The position numbers were made by a program, and so were the translations under genes. From contig NC_068984.1 in the NCBI RefSeq assembly GCF_001194135.2, positions 87,602,424-87,665,001 of the forward strand: a stretch of 62,578 nt of DNA, written 5' to 3'. The notes under the pieces are model-generated. The model was not told where the DNA came from. It saw only the letters and a program-made list of their open reading frames with translations, and did no database searches. Below, piece by piece: positions 11,013 to 23,176 of the stretch; the first letter of the stretch is position 1; every line of letters starts with the position of its first letter. This stretch comes from Octopus bimaculoides (Eukaryota).

Positions 11013-11699
11013 TTCATTTTATTGAAACTTAAAAAAAATTTCAGTTTCACATTTTTCAGAATGTTGTCACAATTCAGAACAATTAAATAGTTTAAAAGTA
11101 TTTATGTATTCATGACAGCCATCTCCTGAGTAGTGCGAACGGTTACGTGAAACTTTGAGTATCAATTCGTGGAGGTTTTTTTACGCTTCAATAAAACATT
11201 TTGTTTTAGAGTTCTATTTTCTTCATCTTGTCTTGCACCTATATTCTCACATGTGTGTGTGTGCGCGTGTGTGCGTGCGTGGTCAAGTGGTAAGAGTATT
11301 GTGCTGACAATCACAACGGGGTCAGACAGTCTGTTATATACAGGTATGTGTGTGTGTGTATATATATATATATATACGTATACTTTTTATTATAGACGAA
11401 AACAATCTTCACAAACTCTAACTCAGTTTCACGTTAATGTTCGTCGGATAGTTGTGATCATACTGAAAGAAATTTGAGTAACAGTTTGCGAAGATTTTTT
11501 TTTTCTTTAGCCTTTAATAAAATACCATATTACTCTACTTTTGGTATTCGAGTACTATTTTTTTCCACTTTGTTTTGCATGTGTGTGAGTGAGTGCGTTC
11601 GCGCGCATCTCTCTCTCTCTTATTATTATTATTATTATTAGGTATCTATAAATTACATTAACCATATGAAAAATTCAATTGTAAAATAAAGATAAACTT

Positions 11700-12060
11700 G
11701 TTTCCTAACGACATGGTTCAGGGTTCAGCCCTACTGCGTGGCACCTTGGGCCAGTGTCTTCTACTATAGCCTTGAGCGGACCAAAGCCTTGTGAGTGGAT
11801 TTGGTAGACGGAACCTGAAAAAAACCATCGTGTGCGTGTTTGTGTCTGTATCTGGCCTCCACCACCGCTCGACAACCGGTACTGGTGTGTTTATGTCCCT
11901 GTTAATTTAGCGGTTCGGCAAAAGAGACTCACAATAAGTACCAGGTTTTTTTTTAATTAAGCCTATGGGTAGATTCGTTCAACTAAAAATTCTCCAAGAC
12001 GGTGTCCCAGCATGGCCACAGTATAATGACTGAAACAAGTAAAAAAAAAAAAAAATAGAA
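11700..12060 (+). mobile_element. SINE family A, dimeric form
   Basis: GGTTCAGCCCTACTGCGTGGCACCTTGGGCCAGTGTCTT through GGTGTCCCAGCATGGCCACAG. Confidence 0.8.
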
Positions 12061-12199
12061 GATAAGCAAATAAAATTTTATTAGAAACATCAGAAACTTT
12101 TAATAACAATTATTTAACATGCAAAGAAGTTGATTGATGGATCTCAATTTTAATAGGTACAATAAATTATGGAAGTTGTAAAGATAATTTATGGACATA

Positions 12200-12620
12200 G
12201 GCGCAGGATTGGCTGTGTGGTAAATAGCTTGCTTACCAACCACATGGTTCCGGGTTCAGTCCCACTGCGTGGCATCTTGGGCAAGTGTCTTCTACTATAG
12301 CCTTGGGCTGACCAAAGCCTTGTGAGTGGATTTGGTAGACGGAAACTGAAAGAAGCTCGTCGTATATATGTATATATATATATGTATGTGTGTGCATATG
12401 TTTGTGTGTCTGTGTTTGTCCCCCCCCCCACCAACATCGCTTGACAACCGATGCTGGTGTGTTTACATCCCCGTAACTTAGCGGTTCGGCAAAAAGAGAC
12501 CGATAGAAAAAGTACTAGGCTTACAAAGAATGTCTTGAGGTCAATTTGTTCAACTAAAGGCGGTGCTCCAGCATGGCCGCAGCCAAATGACTGAAACAAA
12601 TAAAAGAGTAAAAGAGTACA
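12200..12620 (+). mobile_element. SINE family A, full-length dimeric copy
   Basis: A-box-like TGGCTGTGTGG, B-box-like GGTTCAGTCCC, CORE-like CTTGGGCAAGTGTCTT, an internal microsatellite, a second monomer and a short tandem tail TAAAAGAG x2. Confidence 0.9.
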
Positions 12621-13015
12621 CCCTTCATATATCAGCACGAGTAAGTGATTAAGGGGAACAAATATACTCAGTATGTGGCCGTAAATCATTAAAACGCTTG
12701 CAACGTAATAAGGTACTGGATTCGAGGGGGAAAAACATCTTTCTTTGGTAAGAGCCTCTACACAAGCTCAGATCGACTGTAAATTTGTGTTACAAAGAAT
12801 TAAATAGATGGAAAGTGAAGAATTACGTCGAGTGGTCCATACATAGACGTAATTTGAAAATCTGGCCTCGTCATATTGTATCACGCAAAGTTAACTTGAA
12901 AATTATATGAAGTGTAAATATGTCTGTGGAATACTCAGTCGCCAATTCTTTGAGCACGTTGCCCAGTGTTTGCTCAGTGTCCATTTCACACACATGCACG
13001 CGTGCACACAATCTG

Positions 13016-13053
<38 letters not shown>

Positions 13054-14054
13054 CATACATACGTGTTTATATACAAATGCTAACATATGCATATGTATAT
13101 ACACATGCATACATTTCACATACATGTGTTGTGTGTGCGTGTATTTTTGTACAAGATAGCGCTATCACCGACACGACTATGGGGCTTTCACTGTTTAAAT
13201 ACCTGATTCTTTCGAATCCTGAAATTTTTTTAAGTACACACACACGCATATGTATATATACACAAACACACACATATTAAACAAAAATGATTTAAGAAAA
13301 CGCAGTGTTGCTAGTTGCATAAATTTTGACAAACTACTTTATAAAATGTCATTCAAACTTATTTCTGGTTAGGTCTCCGAGACGGTACACTAACACCGAG
13401 TGGTAACTACAACTGAGTCCAAATGAGAAAAGGGACAACACATTTCTGGCCGGTGGTAATTTGCCAAATTAAGACAGAAATAAGTGAGGAGAAAGAAAAA
13501 CTGAGTTGGCAAGATATACATACATACACACATGCATACACATGCATGCGTACATACATACGTGCATAATACATGCATGCATACATCGTGATTTAGCATC
13601 CGTTTTCCATATATATACATACATGTACAATACTGATGGTCTGAAACTACCTATTATCCGTATTAATTTATGAGTAATAACTTCAAGTTCTCGCGGCATA
13701 CAGACTAATTTACTGGTACTTTGCACCGCACGGTTATTAATGTGTTTTTTCTATTCTGGTACAGGTAACTCTATTTCATTTAATTATGTAAGTATATTTA
13801 ATATATTTGTTTAATTAACGGTGTTGACGAAGTTTCGGAAAAAATCAGTAACCAAGAAAGATATCAGGAAATCGATGTTGTGTGTGTGTTCATACATACA
13901 ATCCTGGGTAAAAAAAGTAATGCACGGGATGTACATGATCTGATCTAGAAGTATCCGGACTGTATTAATGAACAAATGTTTCAATTGATCGAACAGCGGG
14001 ATGATCATCATCGAAATTACCAAAGATCAAATACACACACACACACAAACGTGT

Positions 14055-14093
<39 letters not shown>

Positions 14094-14310
14094 ACCAGGT
14101 CACTCTCGAGTGATAATAGTAACATGTAACCCAGAATAACCGTTGGCCGAGTCATCGGTGACTAAACCGGTAACTCCATCAGTTGCTTGCTAGGAGAGGA
14201 CAGTGATTTATTGAACGAAAAACAAAACTTGTCAAAGGGCAGAAGAACTTAAGAGGCTCAACGGCCATCCAATAATGTATGCATATATTCCGGGCAGGTA
14301 TATATAAACA

Positions 14311-15111
14311 CACGAGGAAATACTAAAAAGTTCCTGGCTTTAAGGGTATCGCGAAAGGATTAGCTGGAGGCCCAATTTTCCGAGTTGTTTNNNNNNNNNN
14401 NNNNNNNNNNNNNNNNNNNNNNNNNNNNNNNNNNNNNNNNNNNNNNNNNNNNNNNNNNNNNNNNNNNNNNNNNNNNNNNNNNNNNNNNNNNNNNNNNNNN
14501 NNNNNNNNNNNNNNNNNNNNNNNNNNNNNNNNNNNNNNNNNNNNNNNNNNNNNNNNNNNNNNNNNNNNNNNNNNNNNNNNNNNNNNNNNNNNNNNNNNNN
14601 NNNNNNNNNNNNNNNNNNNNNNNNNNNNNNNNNNNNNNNNNNNNNNNNNNNNNNNNNNNNNNNNNNNNNNNNNNNNNNNNNNNNNNNNNNNNNNNNNNNN
14701 NNNNNNNNNNNNNNNNNNNNNNNNNNNNNNAGTATATAAAGTATCTGTCATTATGCGGTTCGCTCGCCTCGTATATACCATGAATTACCGCTGCTAGATT
14801 TTAAATACGTTTGTTTCCTTCCCTATTTTTCTTAATTTGTCTTAGTACATCGTTGCTATTTATTTCCTAGTCTATCGATACTACTATTCTTTCACTCACA
14901 CGAATAAGTGGTGGAAAGTTACTGGCTTTGGGTAAAAGAAAATACAGGAGGTTCAGGTAATTATGATTTTATTCAACATATTCCCCTCTCAGATTCACAT
15001 ACTAATTGCAGCGGTCCTTCAGTTTTTCCATACCCAGTAAAAGAACTTGGAAGGGTGGGCCTCTAGCCAGGCCTTTCGCGACACTTTTAAAGCCAGGAAC
15101 ATTTCAGCACC

Positions 15112-15118
<7 letters not shown>
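14311..15118. mobile_element. Mariner/Tc1-type non-autonomous element ends (TIR pair) spanning an assembly gap
   Basis: ACGAGGAAATACTAAAAAGTTCCTGGCTTTAAGGGTATCGCGAAAGG (from 14312) versus the inverted CCTTTCGCGACACTTTTAAAGCCAGGAACATTTCAGCACCCTCTCATA (to about 15119). Confidence 0.65.
14391..14730. other. Assembly gap (others: 15145-15154, 17449-17613, 19882-20344, 29600-29987, 39418-39517, 42582-42591, 49230-50170)
   Basis: Runs of N. Confidence 0.99.
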
Positions 15119-15144
<26 letters not shown>

Positions 15145-15154
15145 NNNNNNNNNN

Positions 15155-15192
<38 letters not shown>

Positions 15193-16739
15193 CCCGTTTT
15201 CCATACAACACTTATATGATGGTTAGATTGAACATGAACCTTGCTGAGTGTTAAAGAAGTTTGGTTCGTAAATATTTAGATTCAGGTTCAACCGTACTGC
15301 ACAGCATGTGTCTTCTGAGGGAGTATTTTTTTTTTTTATCTCTCTTGTCAACCAAAACCTCTTCAGAGTAATTTGAAGACGGTAACTGTGAATTGACTGT
15401 TCTTTATTTTGGGCTGCACATTTAATCCATCTTCTGATTTTACACCACGACTTGCCGTTGTTTGGATTTGCCGTTGTTTGGATTTGCCGTTGTTGGTGTT
15501 ATTAAGGTCCATTCTGTTGTAAGCATTCAGGTCTGCTCGCTGGTATACACATAACTGATCTTTCTGTCTTTCCGTTTCCACGTCTCCTTTACCTTCTACA
15601 GCTTCTGCCTAAGTAAAATAAGATCATTATTTGTGGTGGATGATTCAGTGAGAGAAAGATAGGTAAAATACTTTGATGTACATCTCCACGCGTTCTAAAT
15701 TCAAATTTCTCTTGATTCATTTTTTACATTTAATCCTGCCAATGTCGATAAAATAAACTGCCAGTCAAGAATTGAAGGATTAGTAGAATCGTTAGAATGC
15801 TGCACAGCATTTTTCCCGACATTTCAAGATTTGTCAACAGTAGCAACGATAACAGCAGACCCCAGTCTCCAGAGCACCACAGGTCACAATTCCAGAGATG
15901 GTGGAAGAAATCACTTGGTGCCCAATCCTTGAAATCAACGACTCACTACTTTGTCCCCCTTAATATAAACTGAAGAGCTTTAGTCTCGTCTTATGACGAA
16001 AGGAATTTGGAGCTCAAAAAAGGTTTCCAAACTGTCGGAAGAGGAAAAAAAATTATAAGAGCTTCATCAAATGAATGTGAATGAATCCCAGCTGAAGAAA
16101 ACTAGAAAGAGTGAGGAGGAGCTCCTCCTTAGGACGAACCCCCAAAGTGGCAGATATTGCCTTGAAGTGTTTATCACGGAATTCTAAGCAGAGCCAGAAT
16201 ACAGGACTTCAAATGCCAGAGCTTTTTGTAAAAGCAATCGCACAATATTGTCACATGCTGAAGTAGAAGCATTCAGAGAACATGGGTTGCTTTTTGTCTC
16301 ACCTCACGCATATGTTAACGTTACCTTTGGGTACACGAGACTCCAGTACAAACGGTAGCAAGCATGGAGAACGCAGGATGCTTTAATTTGACACAACCAA
16401 TGGAATATCACCTTTGGTGCTGGTTGACAACCCTAAATGTCTTTCAGTATGCTATTTAAAAAAAAATTTAATATCCTCTTTTATGTATTATTATGTAGTC
16501 ATCTTTTATATGTATTTGTTTACTTATTTATTTATCATATGTCCTTACTTATACACAAATTTTTTAATTGTCTTCTTTGTATAACGTCTCTGACCCATAC
16601 TGCTTATTTGTACTACCCCATACATTTTGTAAACCACTATTATTAACGTTTCATATTCTGGGTGCATAAATAAATTCAATGAAATTGCTCCCAGTGATCT
16701 GGAAGAATCGGAAGACAGTATGAATGAATGCTTTACGGT

Positions 16740-17110
16740 ATTTCTTGCCACCGTTTACGTTCTGAATTCAAATCCCACCGAGGTTAACTTTGCTATTTAT
16801 CCTTTCGGAGTAGATAAAATCAAACACCAGGCAAATACTGAGAATGATGTTAGCGCTAAACCTCTCCCCTCAAATCTTTTGGACTTGTTCCTAAATTGGA
16901 AACAATTAGAGTAGCGAATTTGCAGAATCATTAGAGCATAGCAAAAAATTATCGTGTGCAATTTTTCCTATGTTTTGAATTCTAATATCTCCAAGGTAAA
17001 CTTTGCCTTTCATCCTTGCGGAGTCGATAAAATAAAGTACAAGTACCTAGAACGACGTTATCGATTAAAATCTCTGGTTTTGTGAGAAGTGGTAAATCGA
17101 TAACAGAATC
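16740..17110 (+). mobile_element. Two degenerate SINE family B copies
   Basis: CTGAATTCAAATCCCACCGAGGTTAACTTTGC...CCTTTCGGAGTAGATAAAAT, and a second core near 16995. Confidence 0.65.
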
Positions 17111-17398
17111 AATTATTATTAGAAATCATCATTATCAAAAGATATTGAAATAATTATTGTTCGTAGTAATATTATCCTGTTAAGGAACCACGTATTCTCC
17201 CAGAGTTCTTTTGTCAAGAACTCAACTATCACTTTAATACATTTTGGAATCTTAGTAGGAACATATGAAAGTGCTAATTGAACTTTATGAACATTACAAA
17301 ATACTTTTTTAATGTTTAACACACTTCAACATTGTAAAAATTATTTTTAAATACTATAATAAAAAACGTGAAAACCAATGTTTTAACTTTATTCAACT

Positions 17399-17448
<50 letters not shown>

Positions 17449-18191
17449 NNNNNNNNNNNNNNNNNNNNNNNNNNNNNNNNNNNNNNNNNNNNNNNNNNNN
17501 NNNNNNNNNNNNNNNNNNNNNNNNNNNNNNNNNNNNNNNNNNNNNNNNNNNNNNNNNNNNNNNNNNNNNNNNNNNNNNNNNNNNNNNNNNNNNNNNNNNN
17601 NNNNNNNNNNNNNCACACACACACACACACACACACACACGTAACAATTTATCTCTGCTCTATGTAACTTAGTTTCGTAGGCTGGTAGACCGAACCTAAC
17701 TCGTCAAGCATCTGTAACAGGTTATGAGACAAATCCAAGATGTTAGACAAATTCTAGATGTTAAGACCATATCAGTTAACTCAGGACTAGTGGTTTTATA
17801 AGTTGGGAAAAGACATCACTAATTTCCTAAAGGCCGGTTAATTAAACCCTGTAAGAGCGAAATAAGAATAGTAAATAAGTGTTTTTTCGGTTCGCTCTTA
17901 GAAAAGCCGCGGGGTTGATCCAATGAGATTGCAGCATCGCAGTAATCGATTGGTTCAGAGGTATCAAAATAAAGCAGTCTGCAAATTCACCCACTTCAAT
18001 ATCATAGATTTCTACTTTTCAGTGTTAAAATCTTTGTCTCTGAAGGCTTTAGGTAATTCAACTATATCAGCGATATTAGAATTATCATGAACGCTAATAA
18101 GTCAATATTAGTTCACGAGGATTCTTACTAGTTGAAGAAGGAAGGCAACCCATTGGCGTCAGAAAACTCCTAGCTACGCTGCTTGAAACGT

Positions 18192-18409
18192 CTAGATTGA
18201 ATGGTGGATTGTACCAAATTATCTTTCTCTTTCTGACTCTCTTCAAGTTCAGGGTGAAGTTATGGTGTCCTCCATATATAGGGAAGCATTAGCGAGGAGT
18301 GAATTCAGTGAGAAGATAGTATATATGGAGGACACCACAACTTCACCCCCGAACCTGAAGAGAGTAAGAAAGAGAAAGATAATTTGGTACAATCCACCAT
18401 TCAATCTAG
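18192..18409. repeat. Long inverted repeat built from a Penelope ORF fragment
   Basis: Arms 18192-18280 and 18320-18409 with a 39-nt spacer. The + strand reads EALARSEFSEKIVYMED...RKRKIIWYNPPFN, a PLE motif also seen degenerate near 51030. Confidence 0.85.
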
Positions 18410-18587
18410 GAGTTTCCTGATGCCAATGAAAAGCATTTTCCTTGAACCTGTAAGTACGCAAGGGGACGGAGTTTCCTGATGCCAATGAAAAGCATTTTCC
18501 TTGAACCTGTAAGTACGCAAGGGCACGTAGTTTCCTGACGCCAATGAAAAACATTTTCCTTGAACCTGTAAGTATTCAAGGGCACGG
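18409..18587. repeat. 59-bp minisatellite, 3 units
   Basis: Units start at 18409, 18468 and 18527 (GGAGTTTCCTGATGCCAATGAAAAGCATTTTCCTTGAACCTGTAAGTACGCAAGGG(G/C)AC). Confidence 0.95.
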
Positions 18588-19569
18588 TACTTAATCCCTT
18601 CCACCTGTATAAACTACTGCTCCCTCCATGCTGACAAACCAATCTAATACCACCATATTTAATCTCACATCATCAAATCTGGTTACTCTTTCGGAGAGAT
18701 AGTTGCCGCTTATGTGTTAGTTTTCCACTAACCTGCGACAACTATCGCTTTGCCATGTGTAGTGTCAAATGCAATGAACTGATGTTCCTAAAGAAATTAA
18801 ACTGCTGTTTCTAGACATAGCGGTGACAGATACCTACCAACATCCTGTCCGATCACGCGAATCTAAAAACTTAAGAAAAGAATTGATGTCATCCGGACGG
18901 ACCAATAAAACTTCGAGACCTGAGTTGACCAATAGAAGCCCACCTTGAATTTGTCTCGTATCTCCTTAGTAGTCCGACAAGTTAGGTTCGTTCTACGAAA
19001 CTAAACTGCATGGAACTGGATCAAACTATTATTAAATGATATACGTAACTCCAATCAAATGTGTTGAATGCCACTTTCTTTCGTCTGTGTGTGTGTGTGT
19101 ATGATGCACACACACAATTGTTGTACTACTGTTTGGTCAAGTTAACTTTGACTGAGCAGTCCTGTGATCAAATCTATTCCATCTTTAATCAACTCGTCTT
19201 TCCTGGGAGGAAAAGATGTAATTTGAGGCTACCATTTGGCTAGTTGAGATTATGATTTAAGTATTTAGTTTGTATGTAATGCAAAAATATTTTAATACCA
19301 ATTCAGTAAACTGTAGTGCACATTGTGTAATAACCAACAATTGAGTAACTTAATATACGTCTATCGAATAGCAATGTCGTATTCGTTTAAGCCAGTGTAA
19401 GCCAAACTGTGTGCCGCGGAAAATATTTTCAGGATTTTCGGGAAACAACGATCCAAGAACATTCGCAAAGATCGAGCGAAAACATAAATTTATATAAATC
19501 GTAAAATATGGTAAATATAAATTACGTTACACGACGGACAGCAGTTTTGCTACAATATATTACACTTCC

Positions 19570-19720
19570 CTTTGCGTTCTGAGTTCAAATTCCGCCGAGG
19601 TTGACTTTGCCTTTCATCTTTTTGGGGTCGATAAATTAAGTACCAGTTACGTACTGGGGTCGATCTAATCGACTGGCCCCCTCCCCCCAAATTTCGGCCC
19701 TTGTGCCTTGAGTAGAAAAA
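19570..19720 (+). mobile_element. SINE family B
   Basis: CTGAGTTCAAATTCCGCCGAGGTTGACTTTGCCTTTCATC...GGGGTCGATAAATTAAGTACCAG. Confidence 0.85.
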
Positions 19721-20344
19721 TATATATTACATTTCCGCATGTAAACCGAGATTGTAAGTAAGTTGTTTGGTAGTCCAAGAAGATTTAATTTTTGATTTAT
19801 TTATAATTTACATGAATTATTTTACGTTAACTTCATTCGATTTTCAATTTTAGATTTAAACATGGACGAATTTTTATTGAGNNNNNNNNNNNNNNNNNNN
19901 NNNNNNNNNNNNNNNNNNNNNNNNNNNNNNNNNNNNNNNNNNNNNNNNNNNNNNNNNNNNNNNNNNNNNNNNNNNNNNNNNNNNNNNNNNNNNNNNNNNN
20001 NNNNNNNNNNNNNNNNNNNNNNNNNNNNNNNNNNNNNNNNNNNNNNNNNNNNNNNNNNNNNNNNNNNNNNNNNNNNNNNNNNNNNNNNNNNNNNNNNNNN
20101 NNNNNNNNNNNNNNNNNNNNNNNNNNNNNNNNNNNNNNNNNNNNNNNNNNNNNNNNNNNNNNNNNNNNNNNNNNNNNNNNNNNNNNNNNNNNNNNNNNNN
20201 NNNNNNNNNNNNNNNNNNNNNNNNNNNNNNNNNNNNNNNNNNNNNNNNNNNNNNNNNNNNNNNNNNNNNNNNNNNNNNNNNNNNNNNNNNNNNNNNNNNN
20301 NNNNNNNNNNNNNNNNNNNNNNNNNNNNNNNNNNNNNNNNNNNN

Positions 20345-20620
20345 CGTATTGAGAGGGATGCAGTGGAAAACTTATATTAGCGTTCGCACTGATGGCGCCC
20401 CATCCATGCAGGATCGAAAAAAGGCTTTCGTGGCTCATGTATTATAAAAAAACTTCACAAGTTAAAATTGTACATTGCTTGATTAACCGAAGTTTTGGTG
20501 TCAAAATCTCTACCTGCTGGTCTCCTGAAGACGAAGGACAACGTTGTGGTGAATTACATAAAATCGCATTCCCTATAGTGCAGACATTTTGCATCTCTAT
20601 GTGAGACTATAGATTCTGAT
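20345..20620 (+). mobile_element. hAT (Charlie/Buster-type) transposase remnant
   Basis: Frameshifted WKTYISVRTDGAPSM..RKKAFVAHV / VKIVHCLINR / VLVSKSLP...VNYIKS...HFASLCE matches the hAT catalytic-core pattern TDGA..M / HC..HR. A possible N-terminus MDEFLL lies at 19862, before the gap. Confidence 0.75.
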
Positions 20621-20839
20621 TTTAAGTGTTTATAGCTTTATACAGAAGTGCGATGGCTCTCGAAAGGAAAAGTGCTCTCTCGATTTATCTCTTTGCGAAC
20701 TGAAATATGTTTCTTCAATGTTGAAAATTCTGGATTTGAATTTCTTAACGATAATAATTGTTGAATTAAAGTGAAGTAAACAATTTTGTGCTTGACAGTA
20801 TGAAGCATGCAGTTGTGTGAAAAGTGGTAGCTTAGAAAG

Positions 20840-20879
<40 letters not shown>

Positions 20880-23091
20880 GAGTGGAACTGAATGCAAAAT
20901 AGGTAACAAATTCCAAGATGCTAAAATTAAGAGGATTCGTTAAAGTTAGTAAAAAATCCCTTTTCAACCCAGAAAGCTAGGTTACAATTTGTGAGACGTG
21001 GAAACTCATGAATCATGCGATGTTTTCTTGCTGGCTATCTTCTATGTTTTGAAATGGAGCTGATGCTTTCCAGTTACGGGTAGTGGGGAAGCTTCTTCCT
21101 GGTGTGGTACGTAAGTTCAGTGCATGTACAGCCGGATATTTGAGAGATACGAAGAACAGTTAGTTGTACCTGTGAAATGAATATCAAGACAAAAGTTAAA
21201 CAGATCCCTATTTCTTGCATTATAAATATTTATTTCGGACCAACATTCGATTTGAAAAACAGAGGTAGGCAACAGTCAGACAGAGTTGGACAAATGACTT
21301 GCGATTTTTAATTACGTTCCGAATTCAAATCCTGATGTAGCATCGTTACCTTTTATCTCTCTGGAGCCGACAAAATCAATGCTTGGTTGATTTAATCAAT
21401 TGTTTTTTCCAATAAATTTCATTCTTTGAACAAATGTTAGAAATCAATATTTACTTAGAATAATATATTATCTTGTGAACATCAAAGAAAATAACGTTAA
21501 GAATTTATACACGAGTGTCTATTTCAACAGCAATAGTGGCCATGTGTTGCTTTTCAAACTAGAATATTATTGCAATTTAAGTTCTATTTTCATTAATTGT
21601 TTTAAAATCTCTTCTAAAAGATATTTATTTCGTTGTAAAATTTATTTATTCTAATATTTTGTTTTTATAATTAAGAAACATTAAAGAGATTTACATTGAA
21701 TTATTCTATCTATATTTAGAAGTGGACAGGACTGGAAACAATACTATGTTGTTGATCGAACATTAAATGAATAGCACTACTATTCAGCTACCGTTTTAGT
21801 TTCACATTAGATTTGCGATAATTTTAACTGCAGCGCAAAATATAGTCGCATTTATTTCGAGTAACGCTATCTTACATTCTTAGTTATATAAATATATATG
21901 TAAAAATTTTACCTTGGTTGTTTATTGAAATGTGCGAAGATATCAGATTTGCATAGTAGTAAATTGTAGTAAATGAATGGTCGGTAAGAAAATCCACTAG
22001 AAAATTTCTATCCCGTGAATCCCTTTTTAATATAAGAAAAATCAATATACGCTTTCTATCGGAGGCTGAATGCGTTGATTTCTGAGTAGGAAATTGAATC
22101 TAATGAAACGGAACAGAAAAGAATGAGACAAAGATTTTCACAATAAACGTCTCTATTTCATGATTGGTTCCCTATTTATTGCATGATGTCAACTTCTTTT
22201 TGGTTAGGTGCAAGACATCTGATTTACACAAGAAGGGAGGGGGTTACTATGACTTCCAAGCCTTTTCCATGGGCATTAGCAGTATAAACCAAGTGGAATT
22301 GCTTTTATGGGAGATTCGGTTCACGATCAATTGGATTTAATATCAGAGTTGTTAATTGAAATAATCTTAGCAAACAATCTTAATTTACTCGGCATGTTGA
22401 CATACACATTTTAGAATTTTCTGTGAAAACAAAACAAGTGGGGAACTCTGTGTGTAAGTGAGGGAGAGAGAGAGAAGGAGACAGACAGAATGTGATGAGA
22501 GGGATAAGATAAACAAGTTACTATGTATTAGATATTTTCTAGCAGCTTATCTCGGGGATGTGAATTATTTTTCTCCTCTCACACTTCCCAGTATTTATCG
22601 CTTTAGAGCTTCATCTAAAGGACATAGAAAACAGCGTTGTTCTGGGTTCGTCTGAGAAGTAGAATGGATAAGGATGCAATGCCGCTTAATCAAAAGCTCG
22701 ATTTAACAGAGCTGGGCAGAGTCTAAGCAGAAGCCGCAATTCACGAAAAAAGGCGAGAAGGTCGCATATGGGACGCCATTTATCATAGGCCTGATCAAGC
22801 AGAACTGAATTGGGGCTAAATAACAACAGAGTTCAAAGAAACACAGTATTTCAAAATGCTGGGCGTTTTAGGGCGGGGACGTCTTTACGACGTGAGAGAA
22901 TTTATAAATTAAGATCTATTCAATTTTCCAGGTTTTAGATCGATATTTTATCTAACAGGAAGACCTGCTAATTTTCTTTACTGAATATGTGTTTAAAGAA
23001 CCGAATTATGCATAGACGCATCCATTAATGTTTAGCATACACACATAATGTGTGTGCGTGTGTGCGCGCTAACGACTGTTCATCCACACAA

Positions 23092-23137
<46 letters not shown>

Positions 23138-23144
23138 TATATAG

Positions 23145-23176
<32 letters not shown>

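Larger units (their letters stand above)
17669..19004. mobile_element. Putative TIR-bounded non-autonomous DNA element (about 1.34 kb)
   Basis: TTAGTTTCGTAG[GCTGGTAG]ACCGAACCTAACTCGTC (17669-17705) versus the inverted GACAAGTTAGGTTCGTTCTACGAAACTAA (18976-19004): 27 of 29 matches after removing an 8-bp insertion. Confidence 0.4.

Noticed and set aside
12200-12280. tRNA gene
   Set aside because: The A/B boxes belong to a multi-copy SINE head; no acceptor stem or cloverleaf could be built.
9426-13726. Many ORF-track entries rich in YIYI, CVCV or HTHT (also near 23, 25.5-27.4, 29.1, 31 and 48.5 kb)
   Set aside because: Translations of TA/TG/CA microsatellites, which lack stops by composition.
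13802-14040. Protein-like + frame (NGVDEVSEKISNQERYQEIDVVCVFI...) with one TAG at 13946-13948
   Set aside because: No recognisable family, no start or acceptor, and it is short enough to be chance.
18409-18587. CRISPR-like regular repeat
   Set aside because: The units are contiguous with no unique spacers, there are no cas genes, and the context is eukaryotic.
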